Below, piece by piece: positions 38,714 to 48,265 of a DNA stretch of 60,242 nucleotides. Origin of the DNA: a virus (taxonomy: Duplodnaviria; Caudoviricetes). How positions within the stretch are numbered: position 1 is the first letter of the stretch; each line of letters opens with the position of its first letter. The notes under the pieces were generated by a model. The model saw only the letters and a program-made list of their open reading frames with translations, had not been told where the DNA came from and made no database searches. The DNA lies in IMG/VR virus record IMGVR_UViG_3300036861_000387, positions 1-60,242 of that record; one strand, given 5' to 3'. The position numbers and the translations under genes were made by a program.

Positions 38714-39784
38714 TCAGTAGGGCCGTGGCCGGTTGAGCTGGGACAGGCTGGTGACCGCCACGTACGCCGACAGGTTGCTCGCGCTCGAGTTGATCCGGTG
38801 GGTGCAGCACGCGGACTCGCCCGATTCCCAGTACACCCATGCCTTGATGTTCGGGTAGCGGTTCTCGGTGACCGCAAGGCCCCAGTCGTCGAAGATCGGG
38901 TCCATCGCGTTGGTCGGCGAGGTCGGATGGTCGCTTGGAGACCACTCCCCGATCATGATCGGCTTGTCGGTCGCGCCCGACTTGGTGTAGGTCTGGGAGT
39001 CGTCGATGTCGACGGCACCGACGCCGGTGGCCCACTTGTAGAAGCGGTACTTGCCGGTGTCGTCCACGCCGGCCTGCGCCGGGTACTCCCCGAAGGCCTC
39101 GAAGAACGGGTCGTTGGTGCCGCCGGCGCAGAACGCGGGGCAGGTGATCGGGTAGGGCTCGTAGCCGAGCCAGTCGACGTAGTCATCACCCGGGTACAGG
39201 GTGCCCCAGAGGTTGGGGCGGGTCTTGTAGCCGGTCATGATCCACATGTAGATCACGCTGGTCACCCCGCGGGCGACGAAACGGTCGCGGACCCGCTGGA
39301 ACGCCGAGGCGTAGGCGGCGGCGGTGCCGAAGCTGCCGCCGCCTTCGGTGCAGTCGTCCTCCGGCTCGTGGTGGAAGGCCATGAACGTCTTGACGCCGGG
39401 GTGGGAGGCCTCCCACTCGACGATGTTGTCGGCGATGGCGTTGATGCGGGTGTCTTGGGAGCCGGTGTTGATCGCCGTCCAGGTCGTGTCGGCGGGCTTC
39501 AGGTTCCACAGCAGCATCCGGCCGCCGTCGATGTAGCCCTGCTGGGTGGTGCCGGGGAAGTTCTCCGCTGAGGTGTCGTAGTGGGCGAAGTTGCGGTAGA
39601 CGTGGGCGATGTCGACGGTGCGGCCGAGGTCGGCCTCGTGCTCGCTGAGCGGGCGGGCGCCGGGGGAGTTGCCCAGCCACGCCCCCGAGCTCGGAACGTA
39701 GATGTCGTTGACATCCGGTGGGGTCACCGGGTTGATCAGGGTCGGGGTCAGCGCCGCGGTCTGCGGGGAGGTGAGGATCGCCAT
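38714..39784 (-). CDS. Glycoside hydrolase family 26-like protein
   Basis: LGRTVDIAHVY, FHHEPED (acid/base), YPGDDYVDWLGYEPY, KPIMIGEW (nucleophile), YPNIKAWVYW; ATG coupled to the tape measure stop. Confidence 0.85.
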   Translation of the reverse strand: MAILTSPQTAALTPTLINPVTPPDVNDIYVPSSGAWLGNSPGARPLSEHEADLGRTVDIAHVYRNFAHYDTSAENFPGTTQQGYIDGGRMLLWNLKPADTTWTAINTGSQDTRINAIADNIVEWEASHPGVKTFMAFHHEPEDDCTEGGGSFGTAAAYASAFQRVRDRFVARGVTSVIYMWIMTGYKTRPNLWGTLYPGDDYVDWLGYEPYPITCPAFCAGGTNDPFFEAFGEYPAQAGVDDTGKYRFYKWATGVGAVDIDDSQTYTKSGATDKPIMIGEWSPSDHPTSPTNAMDPIFDDWGLAVTENRYPNIKAWVYWESGESACCTHRINSSASNLSAYVAVTSLSQLNRPRPY

Positions 39785-42501
39785 CAGCGGCCGTCGCGGT
39801 AGACCAGGGACCGCTGGCCCTTGCGGATCAGCGGCGACAGGCGGTGGCCGTCCAGCTCCACCACCGGCGGGTTGGCGCGCAGTACCGCAGCGAGCTTGTC
39901 GTAGTCGAAGCCGACCGGCTCGGGCCGGCCGGTGCCGTTGTAGGCCAGCGACAGGCCCAGCGGCAGCAGCCCGCCCTGGTCGTAGCCGCGGGGTCGTACC
40001 CGCGGGTCGACTGCCTGCAGCGATCCGTACCGGTGGACGGCGTAATTGGCGCCGGCGTAACTGTTGGCCAGCGGATTGATCGACACGCCGTACAGGAACG
40101 GGCCGACGCCCCGGAACCGGCCAGCGTAGGCCGCGAACGTGCCGCGGATCACCTGGGCACCACCGACACTTGGGTGGCCAGCGGCCCAGTTGGAGTCCCA
40201 GCGGTTGACCGCCGACCAGTTCCCGCCCGACTCCCACATGATGCGCCGCGCCCACGCCATCCATTCGGCGGCGCGACCGACCAACCGCGCAGTGAGCTGC
40301 GCGATCTGGTTGACGCTGCCACTGACGCCGCCGGGGATGAGTAGCTTGAAGCGGCGTTCGATGGCGTGGCCGGTCGCATCGGCGACACGGAAGATGCTCT
40401 GTTGGACCGCGTTCATGTACCCGGCCGGGAAGCCGCCAGCGATGCCGCCGCGCTGGAACCCAGGGATGCCCATCTCGCGCGCCCAGGCGACGAACTCGGG
40501 CCGTCGTGCCTTCTCCTTGGGGACGACCGCTTCGCCGCCCTCCAGCAGCGCCGGGAACCGGTCGCCGCCGCCATAGCCCGGCACCCGCCAGCCGTGCTGG
40601 GCGCCGACGATGTCGTGCATCGAGAAGCCCGCCGGTGGCGTGAACGTGGACTTCAGCTTGATCGGGATGTCCTTGCCGCGCAGCTTGTTCACGCGGTCCT
40701 GGATCTTGTCGAGCTGGGTGTTGACCGTCTCCTTGGCCTTCTTGACCGCCTCTTCCGCCTTACGGAACGGCGCGCCCATGGGGCCGGGGAGCTTGCCCAT
40801 CACCCGCAAGATGCCCGCGACCATCGCGAACTGGAAGTTCAGCCAGCCGCGTAGCAGCCCGATGATGAAGTTGACGGCGGTGGCGACCTTGCCTTTCACC
40901 GCGTCCCACACCGCATGGACGATCCGGCGGAAGGTCTCGCTCTTCTTGTAGGCCAGCACGATCCCGGCGACCAGCAGCGCGATGGCGGCGATCACCAGGC
41001 CGATCGGGTTGGCGGTCAACGCGGCGTTCAGCAGCCACTGCACGCCCGCCCACACCTTGGTCGCTGCCGCGGCGACCTTGCTCGCGACTGCGGTGGCGAT
41101 GGTGGCAGCACGTTGCCGCAGCAGGGCCAGCGTCCCGACCTGGGTCGCCCCGGTGGCGCCCTTCTGGATCGCGGTGCCCACCAGCGTGGCACCGGTCGCC
41201 TCCTTGGTCGCCACCGCGTGCGCCTTGACCGCCCGGGCGAGCAGGAAGTTCGACACGACCTGCGCCGCCTGGATCGGCAGCGACGCCACCGCCGCGACGT
41301 TGCCGGCCGCCTGGGCGACCTTGTAGGCAAGGAACCCGGCGACCAGCACCGGCAGGGCCTTGACGACCAGATCCATGTGGCCGCCGATGAAGTCCAATGC
41401 CGCCCCGCCGAGGTTCAGCGCCGACGCCAGCCGCGAGACCTCCGGGGCGGCAGGGCGGACCTGGCTGCGCGCCTCCCCCAGACGCTTGCCGATCCGGTCG
41501 ATGACCTCGGCAACCTTCGGGCCGACCTGCTCCAGCTTGGCGACGCCCTGGCCGATGAACCGCTCGAAGTCGATCCCCTGGATCGAGCGGGACACCACCC
41601 GCGCCAGGCTGCTGAAGACCTTCTCGACCCGCGGCCCATGCTTCTCAGCCAGCGCCTGCAGTTGCGGCAGCAGGAACGAGTTGATCGCCCGGGTGACCCG
41701 TAGCACCCCGGGCAGGAAGAACTGCCCGATGGTGGTGGAGATCTCCACCAGCCTGGCCTTGGCGATCCGCTGCTGGTTGGCCTGCGCTCCCGCGGTCCGA
41801 GCGAAGTCACCCTGCGCCCGCGAGGAGTCCCGCAGCATGATCGAGTAGATCGCCTGGGCCTTCTCGGCGGCGGTCAGGTCCTTGGCGCTCTTCTTGTGGG
41901 TAAGCCGCAGCGCCTCCTGCTCGACACGGGCGGCGTTGATGTTGGGGATGAACCGCTGCAGCGCGTCGTACTCGCCGCGGAACGCCGACTGCTGGGCATT
42001 CAGTACATCGGAGATGTCGGCGTTGTTGAAGGACGCGAGGTCGGCAGACAGCTCCACCATCCGCTTGCTCATCTTGGTCGCCGGGTTCAGCCCGAGGCCG
42101 AGCTGGCGGAACATGTCGCCGAACGCCGCGGCGTTGCCGATCGCCTCGTTGCGGGTCAGCCCCATGGCCGACACCGACCCGCGCGACCACTGCTGGATCG
42201 CCTTGGCGTTGCGGCCGAAGATGTGCTCGCTCTTGGAGAGGGTCTCGTTGAGGTCCGAGGCGCGGCCAACCGCCTTGCCGATCTCCCGGGTCGCTAGCAC
42301 CGTCGCGCCAGCCAGCCCCACGCCGATGGCGACCGAGGCGGTCTTCAGCCCGTGCGCGAACCGGCGGCCGAAGTGGCGGGAAGCCTCCTGGCCGGCACGG
42401 CCCGCTGGGGTCTGGACCTGCGAGGACAGGCGACGCCCGAAGTCGGCGGCGAGTTGGGAGTGGATCGAGAGATAGGCGTCACCGGCGGAGACCCCAGGCA
42501 C
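39784..42501 (-). CDS. Tape measure protein with C-terminal lytic transglycosylase domain
   Basis: Longest ORF, Ala-rich and helical; AADLASFNN-type and [11 protein letters not shown] motifs; [36 protein letters not shown]. Confidence 0.93.
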   Translation of the reverse strand: MPGVSAGDAYLSIHSQLAADFGRRLSSQVQTPAGRAGQEASRHFGRRFAHGLKTASVAIGVGLAGATVLATREIGKAVGRASDLNETLSKSEHIFGRNAKAIQQWSRGSVSAMGLTRNEAIGNAAAFGDMFRQLGLGLNPATKMSKRMVELSADLASFNNADISDVLNAQQSAFRGEYDALQRFIPNINAARVEQEALRLTHKKSAKDLTAAEKAQAIYSIMLRDSSRAQGDFARTAGAQANQQRIAKARLVEISTTIGQFFLPGVLRVTRAINSFLLPQLQALAEKHGPRVEKVFSSLARVVSRSIQGIDFERFIGQGVAKLEQVGPKVAEVIDRIGKRLGEARSQVRPAAPEVSRLASALNLGGAALDFIGGHMDLVVKALPVLVAGFLAYKVAQAAGNVAAVASLPIQAAQVVSNFLLARAVKAHAVATKEATGATLVGTAIQKGATGATQVGTLALLRQRAATIATAVASKVAAAATKVWAGVQWLLNAALTANPIGLVIAAIALLVAGIVLAYKKSETFRRIVHAVWDAVKGKVATAVNFIIGLLRGWLNFQFAMVAGILRVMGKLPGPMGAPFRKAEEAVKKAKETVNTQLDKIQDRVNKLRGKDIPIKLKSTFTPPAGFSMHDIVGAQHGWRVPGYGGGDRFPALLEGGEAVVPKEKARRPEFVAWAREMGIPGFQRGGIAGGFPAGYMNAVQQSIFRVADATGHAIERRFKLLIPGGVSGSVNQIAQLTARLVGRAAEWMAWARRIMWESGGNWSAVNRWDSNWAAGHPSVGGAQVIRGTFAAYAGRFRGVGPFLYGVSINPLANSYAGANYAVHRYGSLQAVDPRVRPRGYDQGGLLPLGLSLAYNGTGRPEPVGFDYDKLAAVLRANPPVVELDGHRLSPLIRKGQRSLVYRDGR

Positions 42502-42535
42502 ACCTCACCCCTCATTGTCGTTCATACTTGCGGAC

Positions 42536-42703
42536 ATGGACGATCAGCAGGACCACCGCGCCGAGATCGGGCGGCAGGCTCGCAGCGCAGAGCGGTGGGC
42601 GAACCTCTCCATGGGGCTGTCCAGCTGCGCGCTGGTGCTGCTGGTGCTCCCGCTGCTGCTCGGCATCGCCGTGTTCATCTGGGTCTACCTGGCGCTGCGC
42701 TAG
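42536..42703 (+). CDS. Antisense small membrane protein (probably leaderless)
   Basis: CATACT 7 nt before the ATG; C-terminal TM; stop overlaps the opposite-strand stop (CTAG). Confidence 0.6.
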   Translation: MDDQQDHRAEIGRQARSAERWANLSMGLSSCALVLLVLPLLLGIAVFIWVYLALR

Positions 42704-43131
42704 CTCTCGCTGTAGACCACCCGAGTGCCGTCGCCGGTGAAGAACGCGCGGATCTCGGCGGCGGTGCTCATGCGCGGCACCTCCGTCGTCTCCACCTGCC
42801 CGCCACCGCCCGGCCGCGGCACTGGGACGACCTCCGGGTGGGGCGGCTTGAACCAGGCGGCGTGCAGCAGCGCCACGACCTCGCCGAGCCGGTCGACGGT
42901 GCGGGCCAGCAGCTCCTCGGTGTCGCCCCAGGTGGCACGGTCGCCTAGGTCTGCGCGGACCGTCAACGAGGCACGCGGCAGCCCCTGGATCAGGGTGTGG
43001 AGCCGGCGGACCCCGACCGCTTGCGGCCCGTAGCAGGCTTGGCCGAGATCGAGGGAGTAGAAGCGCTGGAAGTCGGCCTCGAGCTCGGCCCACCGTTGGT
43101 CGATGAACGAGCCGAGGCCGGCGATTCCGGG
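42700..43131 (-). CDS. Tail assembly chaperone, -1 frameshift extension (gpGT-like)
   Basis: Open -1 frame from 43131 (PGIAGLGSFIDQRWAELEADFQRFYSLDL..RRLHTLIQGLP..) runs into the 42700-42966 ORF. Confidence 0.75.
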   Translation of the reverse strand, partial: PGIAGLGSFIDQRWAELEADFQRFYSLDLGQACYGPQAVGVRRLHTLIQGLPRASLTVRADLGDRATWGDTEELLARTVDRLGEVVALLHAAWFKPPHPEVVPVPRPGGGGQVETTEVPRMSTAAEIRAFFTGDGTRVVYSES

Positions 43132-43391
43132 AGGTCGACCGCGTACAGCTCGGCGATCGCCAGCAGGTCGTCATCGTCGGGGAACGTGAGCCGCATCTCG
43201 GCCCAGTCGAGGGGGTCGATCAGCAGCAGTTGGACGGCCTCCACCAGCTTGCCTTCGTTGAGGAGCTGCGTGAATTCCAGCGGCATCCGTGGACGCAGCC
43301 GGTAGGTCTTGCTGCCCAGCGTCACCTCATGCGGGGCGAGGTCCGCCTCCGCGCGGGCGGCCCGCCGGGCGTCCAGGTCCAGTGTGGCCAT
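42990..43391 (-). CDS. Tail assembly chaperone (gpG-like)
   Basis: Lies between the tail tube and tape measure genes; low-complexity tail after LPES. Confidence 0.8.
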   Translation of the reverse strand: MATLDLDARRAARAEADLAPHEVTLGSKTYRLRPRMPLEFTQLLNEGKLVEAVQLLLIDPLDWAEMRLTFPDDDDLLAIAELYAVDLPESPASARSSTNGGPSSRPTSSASTPSISAKPATGRKRSGSAGSTP

Positions 43392-43394
43392 GTA

Positions 43395-43817
43395 CTACCT
43401 CCCGGTGATCGCAGCCATCCGCCGCGGCGATGGCAGCCCACGTCGGCCACCGCCGGTAGCGGGGCCTGCCAGGGCAGCGGTGAGCACGGCGAACCCAGCC
43501 CGCTCGGCGGCGCGGGTGAGAACGTGGCGGGCGCGCTGTCCGCCGGTGCGGGACCGCCAGCCGTACTCAGCCCAGTGCGATTTCCAGTCCGTCGCATTGA
43601 CGCGGCCGACCAGCTCACCCCGCTCGTCCAGGCCATGCTCAGCGACGATGCCGCGGACGTAGCCGCCGCGCTGGTAGAACTCGGCCCGGCCGATCGCCTG
43701 CGCCTCGGCGACGATCCGGTCGGCGATCTCCCCCAGGGCACGCTCCAGCGGGCCGCGGGTGAAGATCGACCCGGTGAGCTCGGCCTCCAGGTTGGGATTG
43801 ACGCGGAGGATCGCCAC
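43395..43817 (-). CDS. Putative neck/tail-completion protein (HK97 gp10-like)
   Basis: GGYVRGI..VNATDWKSHWAEYG..HVLTRAAE. Confidence 0.6.
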   Translation of the reverse strand: MAILRVNPNLEAELTGSIFTRGPLERALGEIADRIVAEAQAIGRAEFYQRGGYVRGIVAEHGLDERGELVGRVNATDWKSHWAEYGWRSRTGGQRARHVLTRAAERAGFAVLTAALAGPATGGGRRGLPSPRRMAAITGR

Positions 43818-43820
43818 CGC

Positions 43821-44375
43821 TCAGGCCATGGCGGGGTCGTCGGTGAGGATGTAGGCGAGCTCGGTGCCGGAGGACGGCGCCATGGCCCCAAACGTCAAAG
43901 GCAATGCGACAGCGCCGCCACGAGTGACATTGCTCTCTCCGCTTTCGGTTACCATGCACCTCCCGATCACGGCGCGGTAGTTGATGGTCCCGTCGATCCA
44001 CTGGACGCCCAGGACCCGCTCGTCGATGGTCGGCGCGGAGGAGACCGAGAACTTGTAGCTGCCACTGCCCTGGTTGACGACCGTGCCGCCGCCGAGCCAC
44101 AGCGGCAGCGAGGTCTCGTTCCACTGGAGCAGGGAGAAGTTGATGGTGAACTGGACCTCTGTGACCAGGTAGCGGATAGCGCTGATCGACTGCCAGGCGC
44201 GGACCTGCTCGGTGGTGAGCGCCCGCCCGATCGTCACGCCGTCCTCGGTCGCGTAGCCCAGGTCGGTGAAGCCGGTCCACGCGGCGGCCATGTTGACCGG
44301 GCCGGCTGTGCCCGACGGGGCGATGTAGATGTTGCCGTTGGCTCCGACGCGAACCTCGCTGCCAGCGATTGGCAT
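43821..44375 (-). CDS. Major tail tube protein
   Basis: VRVGANGNIYIAP..FTDLGYATEDGVT..VRAWQ..FSLLQWN. Confidence 0.88.
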   Translation of the reverse strand: MPIAGSEVRVGANGNIYIAPSGTAGPVNMAAAWTGFTDLGYATEDGVTIGRALTTEQVRAWQSISAIRYLVTEVQFTINFSLLQWNETSLPLWLGGGTVVNQGSGSYKFSVSSAPTIDERVLGVQWIDGTINYRAVIGRCMVTESGESNVTRGGAVALPLTFGAMAPSSGTELAYILTDDPAMA

Positions 44376-44438
44376 GGATGCCCTCCTTCAGGCATGGGAG
44401 CAGGCGGGCTCGCGCCCGTAGTTCGGGTGGTGAGGGGG

Positions 44439-44945
44439 CTAGGCGCTGGCGCCGATCAGCACGATCGAGTAGGTCACGCTCGTACCGGCGCCGGAGTTGG
44501 CGATCCGCAGCAGGTCGCCGGTGCCGGCGGTGACGGCGTAGGCGGTAGCGTCGGAGGCGGCCACCAGCAGCAGCCCACCGGGGCGGACCGTGACGGTGTG
44601 GGTGGCGGCGCCGACCCAGTTGACGAAGGCGTTGGTGGCGGCGGCGCCGACGATCACGTTGTTGGTGTTGCCGGCGTCGGCGGCCACGACCAGCGTCTTG
44701 ATCCGCGCGAAGGTGAGGGTGGCGCCGAAGGCATCGGTGAGCACCCCGGCGAGGTCGAGGTCCTCGTTGGCGGAGGCGGTCAGGGTGCGGGTGTCGTGGA
44801 AGATCCGGTCGGCCTGGTTGGCGCCGGTCCCCGACGCCAGCGCGACCGCGCGGGAGAACCCCAGCGGCGCGGTCGCGGTGGCCAAGTCCAGGAGGCTGGT
44901 GTGGATGGCGTCGACCGACACCTTGACCGTGGTGTCCAGCGGCAT
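44439..44945 (-). CDS. Virion structural protein
   Basis: GTGANQAD..DLDLAGVLTDAFG..TAGTGDLLRIAN conserved phage pattern. Confidence 0.65.
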   Translation of the reverse strand: MPLDTTVKVSVDAIHTSLLDLATATAPLGFSRAVALASGTGANQADRIFHDTRTLTASANEDLDLAGVLTDAFGATLTFARIKTLVVAADAGNTNNVIVGAAATNAFVNWVGAATHTVTVRPGGLLLVAASDATAYAVTAGTGDLLRIANSGAGTSVTYSIVLIGASA

Positions 44946-44963
44946 GCGGGGCTCCTTGTCTGG

Positions 44964-45251
44964 CTACTCGGCGGCCGCGGCCACGGCGGCGTCGATGATC
45001 TGGGTGCGGGTGACGGAGCGGGTGAAGGTGACGCCGCGGCGGCGGGCCTCCTCCAGCAGCTCCAGATCGGGCAGGTCGGCGAGTTCCTCGTCGGGCACGC
45101 GGGCCGCGATGCGGGCGGCAGCCCGGCGGATCGTCGCCGTCTGCTCCTCCAGCTCGGTCTCGATCTGCTGCTCGGACTGCTCGGCGCTGGCGGCCTCCTC
45201 GGCCTCAGCCGCCTCCGCCTTGGCGCCCTGATTGCGCGACCTGCTGGGCAT
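44964..45251 (-). CDS. Acidic protein with Rho-N/HeH-like C-terminus
   Basis: ELLEEARRRGV..TRTQII; AAGGAGG RBS. Confidence 0.55.
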   Translation of the reverse strand: MPSRSRNQGAKAEAAEAEEAASAEQSEQQIETELEEQTATIRRAAARIAARVPDEELADLPDLELLEEARRRGVTFTRSVTRTQIIDAAVAAAAE

Positions 45252-45282
45252 TTGGTTCCTCCTTGCGTGCGACAATCAGCAG

Positions 45283-45480
45283 ATGGACGCTGAGCAGATC
45301 GTTCGGGCGCTGGCCGCGCATCACGCGCCAGAGGATGAGGCCGGCAGCTACGATGGCTCTGGAGTCAGCACTTGCGCCCTCTGCGAGGCCCCTTGGCAGC
45401 AGGGCGACGAACTGGCATGGCACGACCCCGGCTGCCCGTGGCGGCTGGCACGGGAGTGGATCACGGCCAATCCCGGCTAA
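45283..45480 (+). CDS. Antisense small zinc-finger protein (probably leaderless)
   Basis: GACAAT 6 nt before the ATG; CALC..HDPGC motif. Confidence 0.6.
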   Translation: MDAEQIVRALAAHHAPEDEAGSYDGSGVSTCALCEAPWQQGDELAWHDPGCPWRLAREWITANPG

Positions 45481-45956
45481 CTGATCGCCTGCCATGCAAT
45501 ACGGAAGTCGACCCGGACGCGGATGATCGCGACCTCGTTGTCGGTGCCCGGCCAGGCGCCCCACACCGCCTGATCCATGATCGGTGGCCGGTAACGGGTG
45601 GTCGGCGACAGATCGCCGCCAACGGTGGGGTCGTCGCGGAGCTGCTGAGCGATCTCGCCGAGGAACAGCCCGACCCGTTCCAGCGCCGCCCGGTCGTTCT
45701 CGGGAGTGCTGCCGGGCACCCGCGCGAACCCGTAGCCGGCCAGGGTGAGCGGCTCGACGGTGGCGTGGCTGGCCAGCCCGGCGCCCCACCCGAGCCAGGT
45801 CGCCCCGGTCATCGTGACCCGCGACAGCACGATAGCCTCGCTGTCGCGCCATGAGCCCCGGTCGATGAGGTAGATCGGGACGCCAGCCAGGGCGGTGCGG
45901 GTGAGCAGTTGGGTGCGGAAGTTGACCAGGAACCCGGGAACGGTGACCTCGGCCAT
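45477..45956 (-). CDS. Putative tail terminator
   Basis: Position after the adaptor; EIAQQLRDDPTVGG motif. Confidence 0.6.
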   Translation of the reverse strand: MAEVTVPGFLVNFRTQLLTRTALAGVPIYLIDRGSWRDSEAIVLSRVTMTGATWLGWGAGLASHATVEPLTLAGYGFARVPGSTPENDRAALERVGLFLGEIAQQLRDDPTVGGDLSPTTRYRPPIMDQAVWGAWPGTDNEVAIIRVRVDFRIAWQAIS

Positions 45957-46883
45957 CTACGCGACCGCCACCCCGCCACCCGCAGTACGGTTGAGCCACC
46001 TATCCAAGTCCCGAATCCCGGTCCAGCGCATGAACCCGCCACGGCCCGTCTCCGACGGCTCGTAGGTGTAGGACATGCCGTCGGGGGTAGTGACGGTCTG
46101 GGCGCTTGAGAACCCGCTGGGGTCCAGGAACTTCGCGGCCCACGCCATCGCGGCGTGGCGACCCTCCCGATCTTCGATCCGCTCTAGGCCGGAGACGTAC
46201 TCGACGGTGACGTTGGCAACGCCGTCCGGGAAGTACCCGCTGTAGCGGTAGTTACTGGTGGCCAGCAGGATGCCGGACGGCTTCAGCGTGTAGTCGGCCA
46301 CCGTCTTTGTGGCCCCGTCGACGGTGACCGAGAGCAGCTTGGTGGCCTTCAGGCCCGGGTCGGTGAGGACCACGCTGGCGCGGCCGTCACCATCGCGGGT
46401 CTCCCGGCAGAACCTCGGCACCGGATGGAACCCCAGGATCGTGCGGAACTCCTCGGTGACGACGACGCGGGCGTCCATGAGCCGCTGGGTGGAGAACGGC
46501 GGCACCGCGCCCTCGGCGAACGGATAGCCGTTGCCGACCTTCAGGCCGCGCAGCTCCGACAGGGTGAACAGCAGCCCACCGACCCACTCGACCCGCGAGT
46601 ACAGCACCTGGGTCTTGCCGCCGATGGTGCCGGTCCAGGTGACCGGGTCCAGGTAGGTGACCTCGGCCTGGCCGTCCAGCACGATGCGGTACTGCCCGGT
46701 GGTGCGGGGCGTGGGGGTCGACCAGGACCCGCTGGCGACCGGGGCCGGGGTGAGCGCGCTGCCGTCGGGGTACTTGGCCACGACCGTGGGGACGCCCGAG
46801 TCAAGGTCGGTGGGGACGCCGTCGACGCTGAACGTCTCGGTGACCGTGACGCTGGTGCCCTTCAGGGCCTGCTGGCCGGCCAC
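45957..46883 (-). CDS. Head-to-tail adaptor with N-terminal Ig/BppU-like domain
   Basis: LFTLSELR..LMDAR..FVPRF-like segment, NVTVEYVSG, TGIRDLDRWL. Confidence 0.7.
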   Translation of the reverse strand: MAGQQALKGTSVTVTETFSVDGVPTDLDSGVPTVVAKYPDGSALTPAPVASGSWSTPTPRTTGQYRIVLDGQAEVTYLDPVTWTGTIGGKTQVLYSRVEWVGGLLFTLSELRGLKVGNGYPFAEGAVPPFSTQRLMDARVVVTEEFRTILGFHPVPRFCRETRDGDGRASVVLTDPGLKATKLLSVTVDGATKTVADYTLKPSGILLATSNYRYSGYFPDGVANVTVEYVSGLERIEDREGRHAAMAWAAKFLDPSGFSSAQTVTTPDGMSYTYEPSETGRGGFMRWTGIRDLDRWLNRTAGGGVAVA

Positions 46884-46886
46884 GGG

Positions 46887-47378
46887 TCAGAGGGTGTAGC
46901 GGTTGAGGCCGTTGGCGTGCCAGAGCACCGAGAACAGTCCTGCGGTCACGCTCTGAGCCCCACCGAAGAAGTGGTAGGAGACACCCTGGTCGGCGACGGT
47001 GCCGCCGGTGATGGTGTCGTCGTAGACTAGGCAGCCGTAGACGTTGGCCAGGGTCACGTTGACGGTGCCGGTGAGGTCAGCGGCATCGAACATGACGGTG
47101 TCGGCCGCCGGGGCGGTGAACGTCTTGGACGCCAGCGCCCGGCCGGCGGCGACCCACTCCGACCCGGTGGAGACCTCGTTGCCGACGACCCACTGGCCAA
47201 CACCATAGGCGCTGTTGGCCAGGGTCGCGTCGTTGTCGGGGGTGCCGGTGTTGTTGAACAGGGCGGCCTTGACGGTGTCGGAGTCAAGGCCCGTGAAGCC
47301 GGTGCCCGACCCCTGCCACATCGGCCCGATCATCCACTCGCGGAAGATGTGGCTGCCCTCGGTGGCGGTCCAGGCCAT
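46887..47378 (-). CDS. Virion structural protein
   Basis: LDSDTVKAALF..NEVS..WVAAGRAL..FDAAD..GCLVYDDT conserved phage pattern. Confidence 0.7.
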   Translation of the reverse strand: MAWTATEGSHIFREWMIGPMWQGSGTGFTGLDSDTVKAALFNNTGTPDNDATLANSAYGVGQWVVGNEVSTGSEWVAAGRALASKTFTAPAADTVMFDAADLTGTVNVTLANVYGCLVYDDTITGGTVADQGVSYHFFGGAQSVTAGLFSVLWHANGLNRYTL

Positions 47379-47644
47379 CAGCCATCAGCCCCCTCATCGG
47401 CCTCGGCGCGCAGGCGCTTGGCCTCGGCCTTGGCGGTCTTGAGGGACTCCTTGATGCCCTCCAGCTTCGCCTCGATGACCTTGACGGCGGCCTCGGCCTC
47501 ATCGGCGTACCGCTCGCGCTGCTGCTGCACGGTCAGCGGGAATTCGCCGCGGCGGGCGAGCTCCGCCTTCAGCTCCTCGACCGACGCCGAGGTGAGGACG
47601 GTGGCGTCGTAGGCCGCCCCGTTACCCTCCGCGACTTCCGTCAC
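47378..47644 (-). CDS. Coiled-coil hypothetical protein
   Basis: Coupled ORF. Confidence 0.6.
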   Translation of the reverse strand: MTEVAEGNGAAYDATVLTSASVEELKAELARRGEFPLTVQQQRERYADEAEAAVKVIEAKLEGIKESLKTAKAEAKRLRAEADEGADG

Positions 47645-47964
47645 GTCAGCACTCCTTTCGCGCTGCCACCCGCGGTCGCGCAGGGCGCGAACACGGCCAC
47701 GTCGTTGCCATCATTCCTGGTTGTCTCTACCCGCATGATCGGCCGGCCCTCGCCGTCGGTGGTGACCAACTCCCGGCCGATGTAGTCCTCGCGCTCGACC
47801 GCCTCGACCTTGCAGCGCGTGCCCGCCGGCACCAGTGGGGCGTTCAGCCCTTTGAGGCCCCGGCAGGCGTGGAACGGCATCGGCGCGTCCGGGCGGGTGG
47901 TCCTGGCCCGTAGTGTGCAGTTGGGGCAGTTCCACAACCGCTCGGCGATCAGCACGGCTGGCAT
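47641..47964 (-). CDS. Hypothetical zinc-binding protein
   Basis: WNCPNC..FHAC..VEREDY. Confidence 0.65.
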   Translation of the reverse strand: MPAVLIAERLWNCPNCTLRARTTRPDAPMPFHACRGLKGLNAPLVPAGTRCKVEAVEREDYIGRELVTTDGEGRPIMRVETTRNDGNDVAVFAPCATAGGSAKGVLT

Positions 47965-47977
47965 CTACACTCCCGGC

Positions 47978-48265
47978 ATGGATGAGCCGTTCGGATTTGC
48001 CGTCCAACGGATTGATGCCGAGTTCGGTCCAGAGCAGGAGCCGACCGAGTACGGCACGATGCGCTACGTCAAGCACCCGCTTGACCCGCCGCACTGGGCC
48101 ATCTCGCTGCCGCACCAGTGCGAACGCTGGGACATCGCTGGCGGCTACGGCGAAGGGCTCCCGCAGGCTGAGGCCCTCGCCGAGCTGGAGCGGTTCATGG
48201 CTGAGGCGCAGCAGGCGTTGGCAGCCTTGCGGGAAGGCCAGGAGTTCGGCGACCCAGACGCCTAG
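47978..48265 (+). CDS. Antisense hypothetical protein (probably leaderless)
   Basis: TACACT 6 nt before the ATG; fills a gap in the minus-strand operon; CTAG stop overlap. Confidence 0.65.
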   Translation: MDEPFGFAVQRIDAEFGPEQEPTEYGTMRYVKHPLDPPHWAISLPHQCERWDIAGGYGEGLPQAEALAELERFMAEAQQALAALREGQEFGDPDA

